A stretch of 63,708 bases of DNA, the filler included, from Reticulomyxa filosa (taxonomy: Eukaryota > Protista > Foraminifera): the NCBI GenBank assembly GCA_000512085.1. It is 17 parts of 17 records of this genome, joined end to end, with 100 filler letters (N's around TTAATTAATTAA, not from the genome) between each part and the next. Parts side by side here need not be neighbours in the genome. Positions count along the whole stretch, not along the records: positions 52,933 to 56,919 come from ASPP01022119.1; positions 57,020 to 58,268 come from ASPP01015008.1; positions 58,369 to 61,163 come from ASPP01029587.1; positions 61,264 to 62,406 come from ASPP01028530.1; positions 62,507 to 63,708 come from ASPP01015568.1; 12 more parts are not named here. One strand, 5' to 3'. The number at the start of each line of letters is the position of its first letter. Within the stretch, counting starts at the first letter, position 1. Under the pieces are notes generated by a model, which saw nothing but the letters and a program-made list of their open reading frames with translations, searched no databases and was not told the DNA's origin. Of this stretch, positions 52,933-63,708 are shown in pieces. The translations under genes and the position numbers were made by a program.

Positions 52933-54524
52933 TCTAATTGCTTTTTGTGGATCTTGTGTTAAAATACCAGCAGCTAAACCAAATTTAGTATGATTAGCTC
53001 TTTGAATAACTTCAGACTCTGTTTTAAAAGGTAGAATAGTCATAACAGGACCAAAGATTTCTTCTTTTACAATTTCAATATTCTGTTCAAAATAATTAAT
53101 ATCAGATGATTTGTTAGAAGCAATAAAAACAGTAGGTTCTATAAAACAACCATCTTTTAATTTATTTTGATATCCATTATATTTATTTCCACCATAAATT
53201 AAATGAACAAAATTATCTTTTTTTGCTCTTTGAATAAAATCAAGAACTTTTTGAAGATGATTTTTATGAATAAGAGGTCCAATATGAGTATTTAAATAAC
53301 ATGGATTATCAATTTTTAATAATGATATTTGTTGTAATAAATTTTCTAAAAATGAATCTAAAATATCATAATGAACATAAACACGAGTACCATTACTACA
53401 AACTTGTCCACAACTATAGTAATTAGCTAACATAGCGCAGGAAACAGCATCTTTAATATTAGGATAATCATCAAATATTATTAAAGGAGATTTACCACCT
53501 AGTTCTAATGTTGCAGGTAATATTCTTTGATTATAAATATTGGCCATCATATTATGAGCAGTATGTTCAGATCTGTGTATGTGCATATACACATATACAT
53601 ATATGTAAATGTATAGTATATATATACATATATGTATATATAAATATATAATATATTATACCACCTATTAACATATACACACATACCCTGTAAATGTTAT
53701 CTTATCTATTAAATTATTCTCTGTTAATTTTTTACCAATTCTTCCATCACCATAAATTATATTCAATACACCTTCTGGCATTCCACATTCTTGGGCAATT
53801 TTTCCCATTAAATGAGTTGTAAGACATGTATGTTCTGATGGTTTATATATAACACAATTACCCATTAATAATGCAGGAAATATTTTATATATTGCTATTT
53901 GCAAAGGAAAATTCCATGCACCAATAGAAGCAATAACACCATATGGTTCTTTTCTTATTATGTTGTTGTTTATTTTTTCATCCTTTATAATATTGTCACT
54001 TATCTCTATGTAATAATCTATTATATCGCATGCAAATTTTATATCATTTATACTTTCCCATATTGGCTTACCACTATCTATTGCTTCCCAATAACTTAAT
54101 GATTTTTTTTTGTTAATTTAATTTCTTTTATATCATCGTCATCATCATAATGCATATTATTCATATCTCCTAGTTCTTCTCGAATCCTTTTTATACATTT
54201 TGATATTATTTCTTTTCTTTCCTCTATTCTTGTTTTTTTCCATTGATTATCCCATACTTTTTTTGCACTTGTTATACACTCATTTAATAATTTTTCATTA
54301 CATATTTCAAATTGTGCAAATTTCTTATTATTTGAAGGATTTATTGCTGATAAATAATTTATTTCATTTTTATCATTACTAAATTCTTCTTTTCCATTTA
54401 TAATACTACCAAATGTTGGTACGTTATCCTTCTTTGTTACAAACCGTTTTCTTTGCAAAATCATATAACTTCGACTAGTTAAACCTTTCAAAGTTGTCAA
54501 AGTTGAGTTCAGTTTCAGTTTCAT
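52933..54524 (-). CDS. ALDH9A1: Aldehyde dehydrogenase, ALDH9/betaine-aldehyde-dehydrogenase type (intron 53573-53686; 3'-truncated)
   Basis: EAIDSGKP; EPYGVIASIGAWNFP; YKPSE; TFTGS (spliced); LELGGKSP (catalytic Glu); ANYYSCGQVCSNGTRVYVH (catalytic Cys); EEIFGPV; FGLAAG. One frameshift in an A-run near 54100. The basic N-terminus resembles a mitochondrial presequence. Confidence 0.9.
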
Positions 54525-55199
54525 GTTCAATAAGGTAAGTTTCAACAAATAAAATAAGCCAAAACTAAAGCGTTTTCAAAGATAGAAAAACTCCGTTTTT
54601 GAACTGGTTCACCCCTTTTTTTTCTTTACCCAAAAAAAATTTCCGATGTTGCAGTACAAAGGTATTTAGTTTTTGAAAGTTTTTTAAATGAAATAAAAAA
54701 AAGTGTTGCTCTTTTTAAAACGGAAAACAACAGTAAGAAGATAAAAGAGTCTCTCTCAGAAACAGAAAAAAAACTTGCTATAACTTACGAAAATCACAGC
54801 CAACTTTAGTTAAAAACAAAAATAACAAAAATGCAACAACAGTAACAACAATTCTCACACTATTATTTTCATCAGGTCACTACAGCGCTAAAAATCAAGA
54901 TATTCCGGGAACACAACACAAGTATCAATCAATTACGAAGACACGCCCCACAACGTTTATACGAAATAGAACTTAAGAACACAAAAAAGAATAGAAATTG
55001 GTATTAAAGCAACAAGACCAATGGTATTTTCCAATTTTGGAAAGTCCTAAATTCCAACCACATTTAACAGTACTGCATTTATCATAGCGATCATGCCATT
55101 CGCCTTTCACATTCAATGAAACACGAAATCGAGTATTGCACTTTGTGCAAATTTTCCAAATTAGTTTTTTAGAGTGTTGTGCGATTTTTGAGAAACGGG

Positions 55200-55960
55200 T
55201 TTGAATCCTAGTTGAGGATGAGGTATTCTTGTTTCAAGGTATCCCAAAGATGGAATCATCAAAGTACCATAAACAGTAATATCATTAAAGATTGGAGGCA
55301 TACTTACTAATTTCTACAATTCATTACTGTTTGCACCCAATTTGTTTTGTTCGAGCAATTCGAGCAATCGTTTCTTTACATTACGTCTTCGACTGATCGA
55401 CCACATGATGTTATCTTCTTGTTTATTGGATCAATGATCTTTTTTAATTCATACAGATAAAAATTACATAAAATGGAAAAAAAACAATAAATACATACAC
55501 ATATACATATATATGTATATATACAAACCAATATTAGTTTGAACAATAAAGAGTGTTTCATCAGTGAAGAAATAATGTTGTTTATTTTTGGAGTGATCAC
55601 GAATAATGATAATGGCCTGACCCAGACGACTTCTAGCAATAGTAAAGTACACAGGCTCAACAAACTCTGCCATTTTCAGGGAGAAAATAACGGAGTCAAA
55701 CAATTGATGTGGCGTGGTCAACAAATCCATCAGTTTGAATTCAATGGGCCAACTACCACTTAAAATCTTTGTAAGGTTCGTCCAATAGCTTGTTCCTGTT
55801 ACACTAACGCCGATACAATCAACGGACTTGGAAAACTCGGAGTGGTTAAAATGGAGTCCCGTCAAAATATCAACATTTTCTGCCAAGTTGTGCAATGACA
55901 GATCACTTGACTTTGGAGTGTGAACTGAATTCCAATCGTTAAAGGCTGCAAAAACTCCAT
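55200..55960 (-). pseudogene. Acid ceramidase / NAAA-like Ntn-hydrolase, degenerate
   Basis: ILTG...FS..; KILSGSWPIEF; EPVYFTIA...AIIIIRD; FIVQTN(D); PPIFNDITVYGTLMIP. The upstream part is broken by stops. Confidence 0.7.
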
Positions 55961-57331
55961 TTTCCGATCCATCGCTCGTATATGGATTGGCTTGCTTTTA
56001 TTCTTTCAATCAATTATTACTATGCTTGTACACAATACCGTTGCTTTGTATATTAATTGTATCATTATTAATTTATCTTGCATGTGTTGAATATATCCAT
56101 ATGAATTTGTTTGGATTTGTGTGTTGTTCAGTCATTGTTTTGTATGCTGTGATTATCTCTTTCCAACAAACAGAGGGATCTGCATCCGGGGTCACTGTAA
56201 AGAGCAAAACTTTTTCACATTAACATTAGCACTTCTGGCTCAGCTATTACGAGAAGATTTTACCATTTTTTTACACGTTGACCAAGTTCAAAAAACAAAA
56301 TTGAAATTGTTCATGCAATCAATATCAACTTTATTTTGTTTAATATCTGTCTAAAAAGAGAGTGTGTTTTTTTCGTGAAACAAGCAAAATCAACAGTATA
56401 GTACAAATCGCTCTGGCAACAACGAAAGTCAGAAATAAAGCCCTTTTTTTCCTAAAAATCTTACTTCTTTCGCTCGTTTTCTCTTCTTGTCTTTGCCTTT
56501 GTCATTTCATTTCTTTGAATTAATATTTTTTTACTTTTTTAAATTACCCAAAAGCACTATACTCTTATTACACTTTGTGCAAGTCTTCAGTAGGTCTCTC
56601 ACAACAGGAATCAATAAATGAAAAAACAAAATTAGAAAAATTTTAAGCGCATACTTGTTACCATTGCAAAATTATTAATTTCTTTTGTGATGTGTAATTA
56701 AATATTGAACGGCAGCAATTGAAATTAATTACAAATAAATAGGAAATGCAACTACAGTAAGATAAAAAAGAAAGTTGAAACCTAAAATGCCACCTTATGG
56801 GGATGATTGTGTTTCTCCATGAAAAAACGACATTTAATCAAAATTTTTTAAAAAATATCTACAAATCTTGTATTATTTAAATATCATTTTGGTTTTTTAT
56901 TAAGTCTTTCTAATTTTTTNNNNNNNNNNNNNNNNNNNNNNNNNNNNNNNNNNNNNNNNNNNNTTAATTAATTAANNNNNNNNNNNNNNNNNNNNNNNNN
57001 NNNNNNNNNNNNNNNNNNNTTTTTTTTTTTTTTTGAATGTCATTGTTCTTTTCTTTTCTTTCACATACATTCGCGAAGGGAAGGCTGGATATCTATTTTG
57101 AGACATGGCTTCTTTGTGGAGTTTACTTTATTCAAAATGCTGATTGACCACCCAAAAAAATTTTTTGGAAGTTTTTGGCTTGCTCCTTCAAAAAAAAAAA
57201 AATTAACCAGTAAAAAAAAGCTGACACAAGAGTACACTAGCATTTTACAACAGTCCATTTTGTTTTTAAAACAGCTACAAGATTGTCATCTTTACTGCTT
57301 GTCATTGATGTTTACTCAAAATTAATAACTA

Positions 57332-58268
57332 ATGGACAAACTTTGCAAAAAAAAATAAAATTGATTTAAACAAATTGAGAAGAGTAAGTACTAGTTAATG
57401 TAATACAGCTGAAAAAAATAAAAATTATAAAGTGTTTAAAAGTTTGTCTTAATTTTCTTTGAACAATTTGGCTTTTTTCCCCCTTTTTTTCTTTTAGTGG
57501 CGCATAACGGTCGGAGCGCAGTAAACTTGTCGAATTTGATGACATCACTTAAGGATACAGATCAAAAAGCGCAAACTCGAAATGACTTTAACATTGAAAA
57601 TCTGAAGAATGCAAAGTTTGAAGAGTACTATACAAAGCAAAAGATAATAACGGATAAAGACGAATGGGATTTGTTTTTGAATTATTTGCGACGAGAGCTG
57701 CCGACCACCTTTCGCATCAACGCAGTGTCACCATTGAAGGACATTATCCGACAAAAATTGAAAGACGACGTGTTTAACCTGAAAAAGTCAGTTTATTATT
57801 ATTTAAAAAAAAGGAACATTTTTTTAAAACCCCCTTTTTTTTTAAAAAAAAAAAAAAAAGACTCGAAGCAGCAGAAGTAAGTTGTAACGGGCTAAAGTTC
57901 AAAGCGCCAACACCGCTGTCATGGTACGGGGAAGACGGGATGGCATGGGAGTGCGACTTTCCGAAGCGGTTCTTCCAACGACTGAAGGACGACTACCCAG
58001 AGATTGCGCAGTTCCGCGAGTTTCTGGTGGAGTACTCGGAGGTGGGCGCCATTTCCCGACAAGAAATGGTTTCGATGGTGCCCGTGCTGTTCTTGGACGT
58101 GCAACCCCATCACATCGTCTTGGACGTGTGCGCCGCTCCTGGCAGCAAAACCGCACAAATCTTGGAATACATTGCGTCCCCTTCCCCTTCTCTTTCTTCT
58201 TTTCCTTCTTCATCTTCTTCATCCTCCTCTCATCCTACCACTAGTTCTGTCTCTCAAATGGTTAGCTT
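57332..58268 (+). CDS. NSUN2: tRNA m5C methyltransferase NSUN2/Trm4, 5' fragment
   Basis: NAKFEEYYTKQKII..EWDLFLNYLRRELPTTFRI; PLSWY...AW; FREFLV...VGAISRQEMVSMVPVLFLDVQPHHIVLDVCAAPGSKTAQILE. Start position approximate. Confidence 0.93.
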
Positions 58269-58368
58269 NNNNNNNNNNNNNNNNNNNNNNNNNNNNNNNN
58301 NNNNNNNNNNNNTTAATTAATTAANNNNNNNNNNNNNNNNNNNNNNNNNNNNNNNNNNNNNNNNNNNN

Positions 58369-59421
58369 CCATCACATACACTTTCGTGAATTGTTCACAA
58401 GCATCTTGATGAGAGATCTCTGTTCTATTCACATTGCATTCCAACACCTGTTCTTTTCATTCAACAGTGTCCACTTCTTGTATGTGTATACAATATATAT
58501 ATATATTTGTAAAATACTTATAGAAGTATAAATTATTATTAATTATTATTTATAGTTTTTCTTTTTTTTTATTTAAAAAAAAAATGAACATTATTTTTCA
58601 CATTCTTTCAATCACCTTCTGAAAGTCGATATTAACTTTTCCTTTGATTTTTAATCTAAATTATTCCGCACGCTTAATGCCGTACATAGCGACCTTGCAG
58701 CTTTCAACAAAGCCTTGCTGGGTATAGTCACTGTTTAGGAAGTCTCACCGAACATATATCTTCGATGATCGCCTCTTTGGCTTTTAAACCTGCTGCATCA
58801 GCTGCATTCAATAAGCAACTCGCACTTAATCAATTTTTTTTTTAATACGTATACAAAAAATGTTTTTCCAATTAAAAAAAAATATTAAAATATCAATGAC
58901 GACAATGTCGCATTTGCCCTTTGACTTAAGGGAAATCCACTTGACTGATGGACATTATCTAACAGCTCGGTAAGTTTGGCATTTACAACTTTCAACAACA
59001 GTTCTTTGACTTTGGCTTGCAAGTTGATTCGTTTCTCGGTTTGAAACAGCACGGGAACCAATCTCTCCAGCTCCAGTCTTGCGAGGTCTAATCGTTTTTC
59101 TCTTTTTCGCCGTGGCTGATTTCATCTATTACAAAACGATAATGCAAGTTGCCATCTTTGAAGCTGTGATCTTTTATACGTGGCAAAAGACGTTCAATGC
59201 AAATATCAAATTCTCAAGTTCCACTGCTTGTTCGCGTGTCTTTGCTACACCTGAGCTCACAGGCAGTGACACTGCCTCCTCTCCACAAAACAGATTTTGT
59301 ATGCTGTTAGATACCATTTACAATCTTTTATTTCCAGCTGTTCGCGAAGTAGTTTTGTCACTGCTTCCAATTGATTTCCTTCTTCCACACTATTTTGCGC
59401 CTTTAATTCCTCTTTGGACAT
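58369..59421 (-). pseudogene. DEP domain fused to a mercuric-reductase-like pyridine nucleotide-disulfide oxidoreductase, degenerate
   Basis: DEP part: IKDCKWYLTAYKICFV-GEEAV..TREQAVEL..FCHV.KDHSFKDGNLHYRF. Oxidoreductase part: LLDNVH; AAGLKAK.AIIE; IPSKALLKAA; NIDFQKV; RTEISHQDACEQF. Confidence 0.65.
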
Positions 59422-59640
59422 TTTTTTTTTTATTGAATGATTATGTGCGGGCAAGGGAGATATAAGTTGAAGTTGTTTAAAAAAAAAAAAGAAAAAAAGA
59501 ATAGCTTGAGAATATGTGCTTAACAAAAAAAAAAAAGTGACAAATTATAAAAATATTTTAATTTTGTTTGAAATTTGGTACGTTGAGTTTTTTGCTTGGT
59601 TCAAAAAACCTTGATACTTACCTTTTTAAAGTTGAAGATA

Positions 59641-60979
59641 ATGACTGAGAAGCAATCTTCCCGGCCGAAAACTCCACATGATAGTGGCAGATCAACATCT
59701 TCCAACCATCATAAGTCTCATAGAAGCTGCAAAAGCTCAAAGCTGAAGTGTATAGAAGAGAACGTCGATGTGAAGACACAGCATGGCGAAAGCGGAAGCC
59801 TTGAGAAAAAAAGCCAAAGCCAGCACATGAAGTTTCAGTTGCGATCGAATATAGAGATGCTGTTAGGAGAGCACCCCACAAAGGCATAATTCTAACGGAT
59901 TTTATCTATGATGATGTATTGGCCGCCAAGTTGGTGACTAAATTTGACTATCAATACCTAAGAGTTGATACGCATATGCATATGTATGCATATATATGTA
60001 TATACTGTTTTTGTAAAAAAAAAGGGGGGAGGGGGAAGTGTGCACATAATTCCATCCAACAACAAACAGTTGCAAATCAAAAAGTGGAATCAAAGACAAT
60101 GTGAAAATATTTGGATAATTTGAATTGGCAGCAAATACTAGTTAAATGAAGATATAAAGGAGGAGTAGATGAAGGAATATACAAAGATATTGTGATAAAC
60201 ATTATAAATGTATAAAGACATAAAATGTAAAAAAAAAAAAGATGATATTTTCGCAACGGGTGAATGAGTTGTATCAACTGAATTAGTGATAAAAGCGTCC
60301 AAATCAAGAGCATTGCGCTTGTGCAAGAGCATAAGTGAGATAATAGAAATCTCCATTGTATTATATACAAATATATAAATATGCACTTGTGTTTGGCTCT
60401 ATCTTTTGCAGTTCTAACAATAGTATTCGACAACCAAAACTTGCTGCTTTATCGCCCGTCGGAAAAATCGCATGAGCAAATGAACACGTTGTTTTTGGAC
60501 GCGGCAAAATAACACAAATGTCGCAAGATAGCCAAGCGGACCAAACGATCCCGAGTGACAACATCACCCGAAGGAGGACAACTCCCATTAAACCGGTCAC
60601 CAGGAACGCACATTCATTTGCATGATATTCCATCCGGGAGTCAACATCAAAGAAATGGGCGAAAAGCGAATAATAGATTATTTGGCGACCATGGAAAGGC
60701 TCCAAAGTCACAGAAGACATTGACACCAATAGTAAATGTGATGTGTTGATTGAGCATAAGAACTACAAGTCATACAGATCCATCAATGGAAAATCACCGA
60801 CGATGTCTTCTTCACCACATAAAACAACAATTGCTGCTCCAGTCACAGAGTTGACTCAACGATCAGTAGTCTCCGAGTCGATAAAGTCAGCGATAAAGAC
60901 ATTGCCTTACAATAAACATGCTGATTGGCAAACCATAGCAAAAAAAGAGTATGAAAAATATATTGTGAAACCATTATAA
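59641..60979 (+). pseudogene. Fragmented hypothetical gene
   Basis: Same-strand protein-like pieces separated by TA-rich introns and premature stops; no recognisable domain. Confidence 0.4.
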
Positions 60980-61562
60980 GTCAATTGCATATCATTCGAT
61001 TTTCGGATTTAAAACGATAGTATTCAAATGAGGAAATTGCTCAATAGACATTGACATAAAGGTTATCCCAAAACACAGAATTGCAAGTACTAATTTTGTC
61101 ATTGTACAAACAACTTGAAATAAATGATGAAACGACTCCATTTACATGGTAACAGGTGAAAATNNNNNNNNNNNNNNNNNNNNNNNNNNNNNNNNNNNNN
61201 NNNNNNNTTAATTAATTAANNNNNNNNNNNNNNNNNNNNNNNNNNNNNNNNNNNNNNNNNNNNTATGCAGTATAATGAAAGATTGCAAAAATTGTATTAT
61301 AAGATTATTACTTGCGAATAAAAGTCCAAGATTCTAAAATATCCATTTTTTTTGTTTGCATCATCGAAAGATTGATTCCAAAATGACAAATAAAAAAATC
61401 AACACAAAAGCGGAATGGATTAAGTAGGTTTGAAATTTCTTTTTTTTCGAAGCGAAGTAGTTTTTTTGGATAGAATGTTTAATTTTTTGGATTTGACCTA
61501 TTGGAGGACGAGAAGATTGTGACAAAGTCTTTTGGGTCGGAATTGATCTCGACCACAATGTC

Positions 61563-62406
61563 TCATATTTTCACCCGTAGCCTTTGTCCACTTGCCTTGG
61601 CTACATCAATACTTTTCTGCCATGTCACACGTGATTTTTTAATGGCAAAAACATCCTTACTATTATTCAATTGATAATATTTCTTATGTTTCTCTTTGTT
61701 ATAAATATTGGGAACAGGTTGATCATTATATGTATCGGGTCGCAACGCCGTCAGCCGATCAAACTCAAACATAAATTTGTACACTTGTTGTTCCATTTCG
61801 GTCAAGTTCTTTGGACGTGAGTGTTCATATTCGGACAATATTTCTATTAAAAAAAAAAAGTTCATAGTTATATATTTGTACATATATGTATTATGTGTAT
61901 GTAACTCTGTTTTTTTAAAAAAACAAACAAACTGTCTTTTGCTAATAAAATGGACCCCCTGATAAAAGGGCTGCACAAAAGTGGACGAGTCAAAATACAT
62001 CGCAACTCGAACAGACTTTGATGATGTGAAGACGAGGACGGCGAAGCGATCCAAGATGGACAGAGCAGTGGAAACATGGTCGGTGTGTCGCTGTTGGAGT
62101 TGTCATGTAAAAAAAAAAAGAAGGTGTCTTTTTTTTTTTTTAACATAGCGAGCCCCCTTTTTTGCAGTCGCACGACCTTTCTTGTCGGATCTGTGATTTG
62201 GTATCTGCTGACCTCGCCGAAACAGTTGAACACGTTGTGCACGTCTTGGTCGTTCCACGATAATGGCATGTTCCATATGCGAAAGCTTTTGCAGTTGTTT
62301 AGCATCACGTGCACTCACTTTACTTGGCTTATCTTGCTTTGCTGCTGTGCTTTCAAGCTCTCCAATCGCGGTATTGTCTCTCCTTTCTTTATCATCTTTG
62401 GTGTTC
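61563..62406 (-). CDS. RRM-like protein, possibly RRP7-related (5'-truncated, spliced)
   Basis: FRIWNMPLSWNDQDVHNVFNCFGEV (RNP2/helix A) and FAVLVFTSSKSV (RNP1-like). EYEHSRP..EMEQQVYKFMFEFD resembles the start of the RRP7 C-domain. Confidence 0.45.
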
Positions 62407-62609
62407 NNNNNNNNNNNNNNNNNNNNNNNNNNNNNNNNNNNNNNNNNNNNTTAATTAATTAANNNNNNNNNNNNNNNNNNNNNNNNNNNNNNNNNNNNNN
62501 NNNNNNATTGTCGTTTTTTTTTTTTTTTTTTTTTTTTTTTGAATATTATAATTATAACATTAGTATGTAACTATATCCTTGCACAATAACAATGGGGAAA
62601 AAAACACCT

Positions 62610-63636
62610 AACATTGTACACGTAAAAAGAAGAGTTGGTAGCGACAAATACATAGCCAGAAATGGTTTGCAATGCCAATGGTACCCTTTCTGTCCCAACA
62701 AAGAAGCGATCCACACACCAGCAACGGGCCTCATTGCCAAGCCTTTGTTTCATATCATAAACCAATAGTTCGCCTTGGCTTGTGCCAATGTACAGATAAT
62801 TAGTAAGGGTTTGGTCCGCCGCGACACTACTTACATCTGTGATCTCATCAAATTCACAAAACGTGGAACTTTCCCGGAACCTGGGGATGCGCATCAACTG
62901 CCATCCGAACTTAGTCACAAACGCAACTTCCAACTTGCGGAATGCTGGGTACACATGCAATATTGGCGTGTCGCTAGCAGTGCTCGAGTTTGTATACGAA
63001 TAAGAATAGTCTTCTTGCAACACGTCGCCACTGCCACTTACACGATAATCGTACATGCGGCCTTTGTTGGTCCCTACTATCACATACTTTTGCTTGTGAT
63101 CACGATAAAAGTGAATACTAGACACATAATGACTGCTATGCGCTTTTTCAACGTCACTCTTACACCTTTGTCCGTATTTCATACATAACACATACACATA
63201 CATATATGTATACATTTATATATGTGTAGATATATAAAGAAATTTTTTGAGGTTGAAACTCGATTATGTGCTTAATTTCTTTTCCAGTTGGGTCAATCTC
63301 TTGTTGAGTACAGATAGGTGGAATAGACACGGTTTTGGACAATGTAATCTTCCCATAAAGGACAGAGCGGTTGTAAATGCCATCGAAAGGACTTTGATAC
63401 TCCCCTATATTTGCTCTCTTCACTGTTATTGCGTAGTAATTGAAGAACGGAGCATCATCCCTTCCCAGCACCAGCCATGTGCCACCTCGGCTTGGCTCGT
63501 GATAAATATCGCTTACAACTCTTATATCCGTGCCCTTCTTTTCCGGCCAATAATGTCCCTCTGCTTCAAGAGAAGATAGCAGTAATCCATATTCATCCCA
63601 CATCTTTTTTTCCCCAATCAGCCAAACATTCAACAC
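62610..63636 (-). CDS. Hypothetical beta-propeller-like protein, internal fragment (intron about 63170-63235)
   Basis: YVIVGTNKGRMYDY, VAADQTLTNYLYIGTSQGELLVYD and YVFVATNSSFYVYN resemble propeller blades. Confidence 0.55.
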
Positions 63637-63674
63637 TCATTTTCAAACCAATCAAAAAAAAGTCCTTTCGTTTT

Positions 63675-63708
<34 letters not shown>

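Larger units (their letters stand above)
8789..62506. other. 16 artificial assembly linkers N44-TTAATTAATTAA-N44 at 8789, 10948, 14332, 17999, 20202, 22772, 27193, 29516, 30776, 31907, 51334, 52833, 56920, 58269, 61164 and 62407 (100 nt each)
   Basis: Identical 100-nt cassette each time; TTAATTAATTAA gives stop codons in all six frames. Confidence 0.98.

Noticed and set aside
8789-62506. Recurrent TTAATTAATTAA palindrome between N-runs as a biological motif, and gene neighbourhoods across it
   Set aside because: It is an identical six-frame-stop assembly linker. Adjacency across linkers is not trustworthy, and ORFs ending in X..LIN are artefacts.
1-63708. Alternative genetic code with general TGA read-through; rRNA or tRNA genes
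   Set aside because: The long intact ORFs use TGA/TAA as ordinary stops, and only the SelM TGA has motif plus SECIS support. No rRNA or tRNA structure was recognised.

Overview
AT-rich eukaryotic (protist) genomic DNA made of 17 contigs joined by 16 artificial 100-nt linkers (N44-TTAATTAATTAA-N44). Short GT-AG introns rich in TA/CA repeats, the Kelch-like, WD40, caspase-like and NACHT-WD40 families and many decayed gene copies suggest a foraminiferan such as Reticulomyxa filosa (inference, not verified). Recognisable housekeeping genes are proteasome RPN2, pyridoxamine-5'-phosphate oxidase, a Pumilio protein, an ALDH9/BetB-type dehydrogenase and NSUN2/Trm4. The most interesting material lies on one unbroken contig (32007-51333). 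(1) A selenoprotein M/Sep15-family gene missed by the ORF track, with an in-frame TGA in a CxxU motif, a C-terminal membrane anchor and a candidate non-canonical SECIS. (2) A >1750-aa NLR/STAND-like receptor (NACHT, pentapeptide repeats, 16 WD40) whose N-terminal effector looks like a RelA/SpoT-type nucleotidyltransferase. (3) Just upstream of it, a 27-unit ~125-bp array of conserved-variable-conserved GC cores separated by intron-like AT spacers. Other contigs carry a dispersed decayed gene/repeat family (4 loci) and several pseudogenes, some with unusual domain fusions. All domain calls come from reading motifs by eye; no searches were run.
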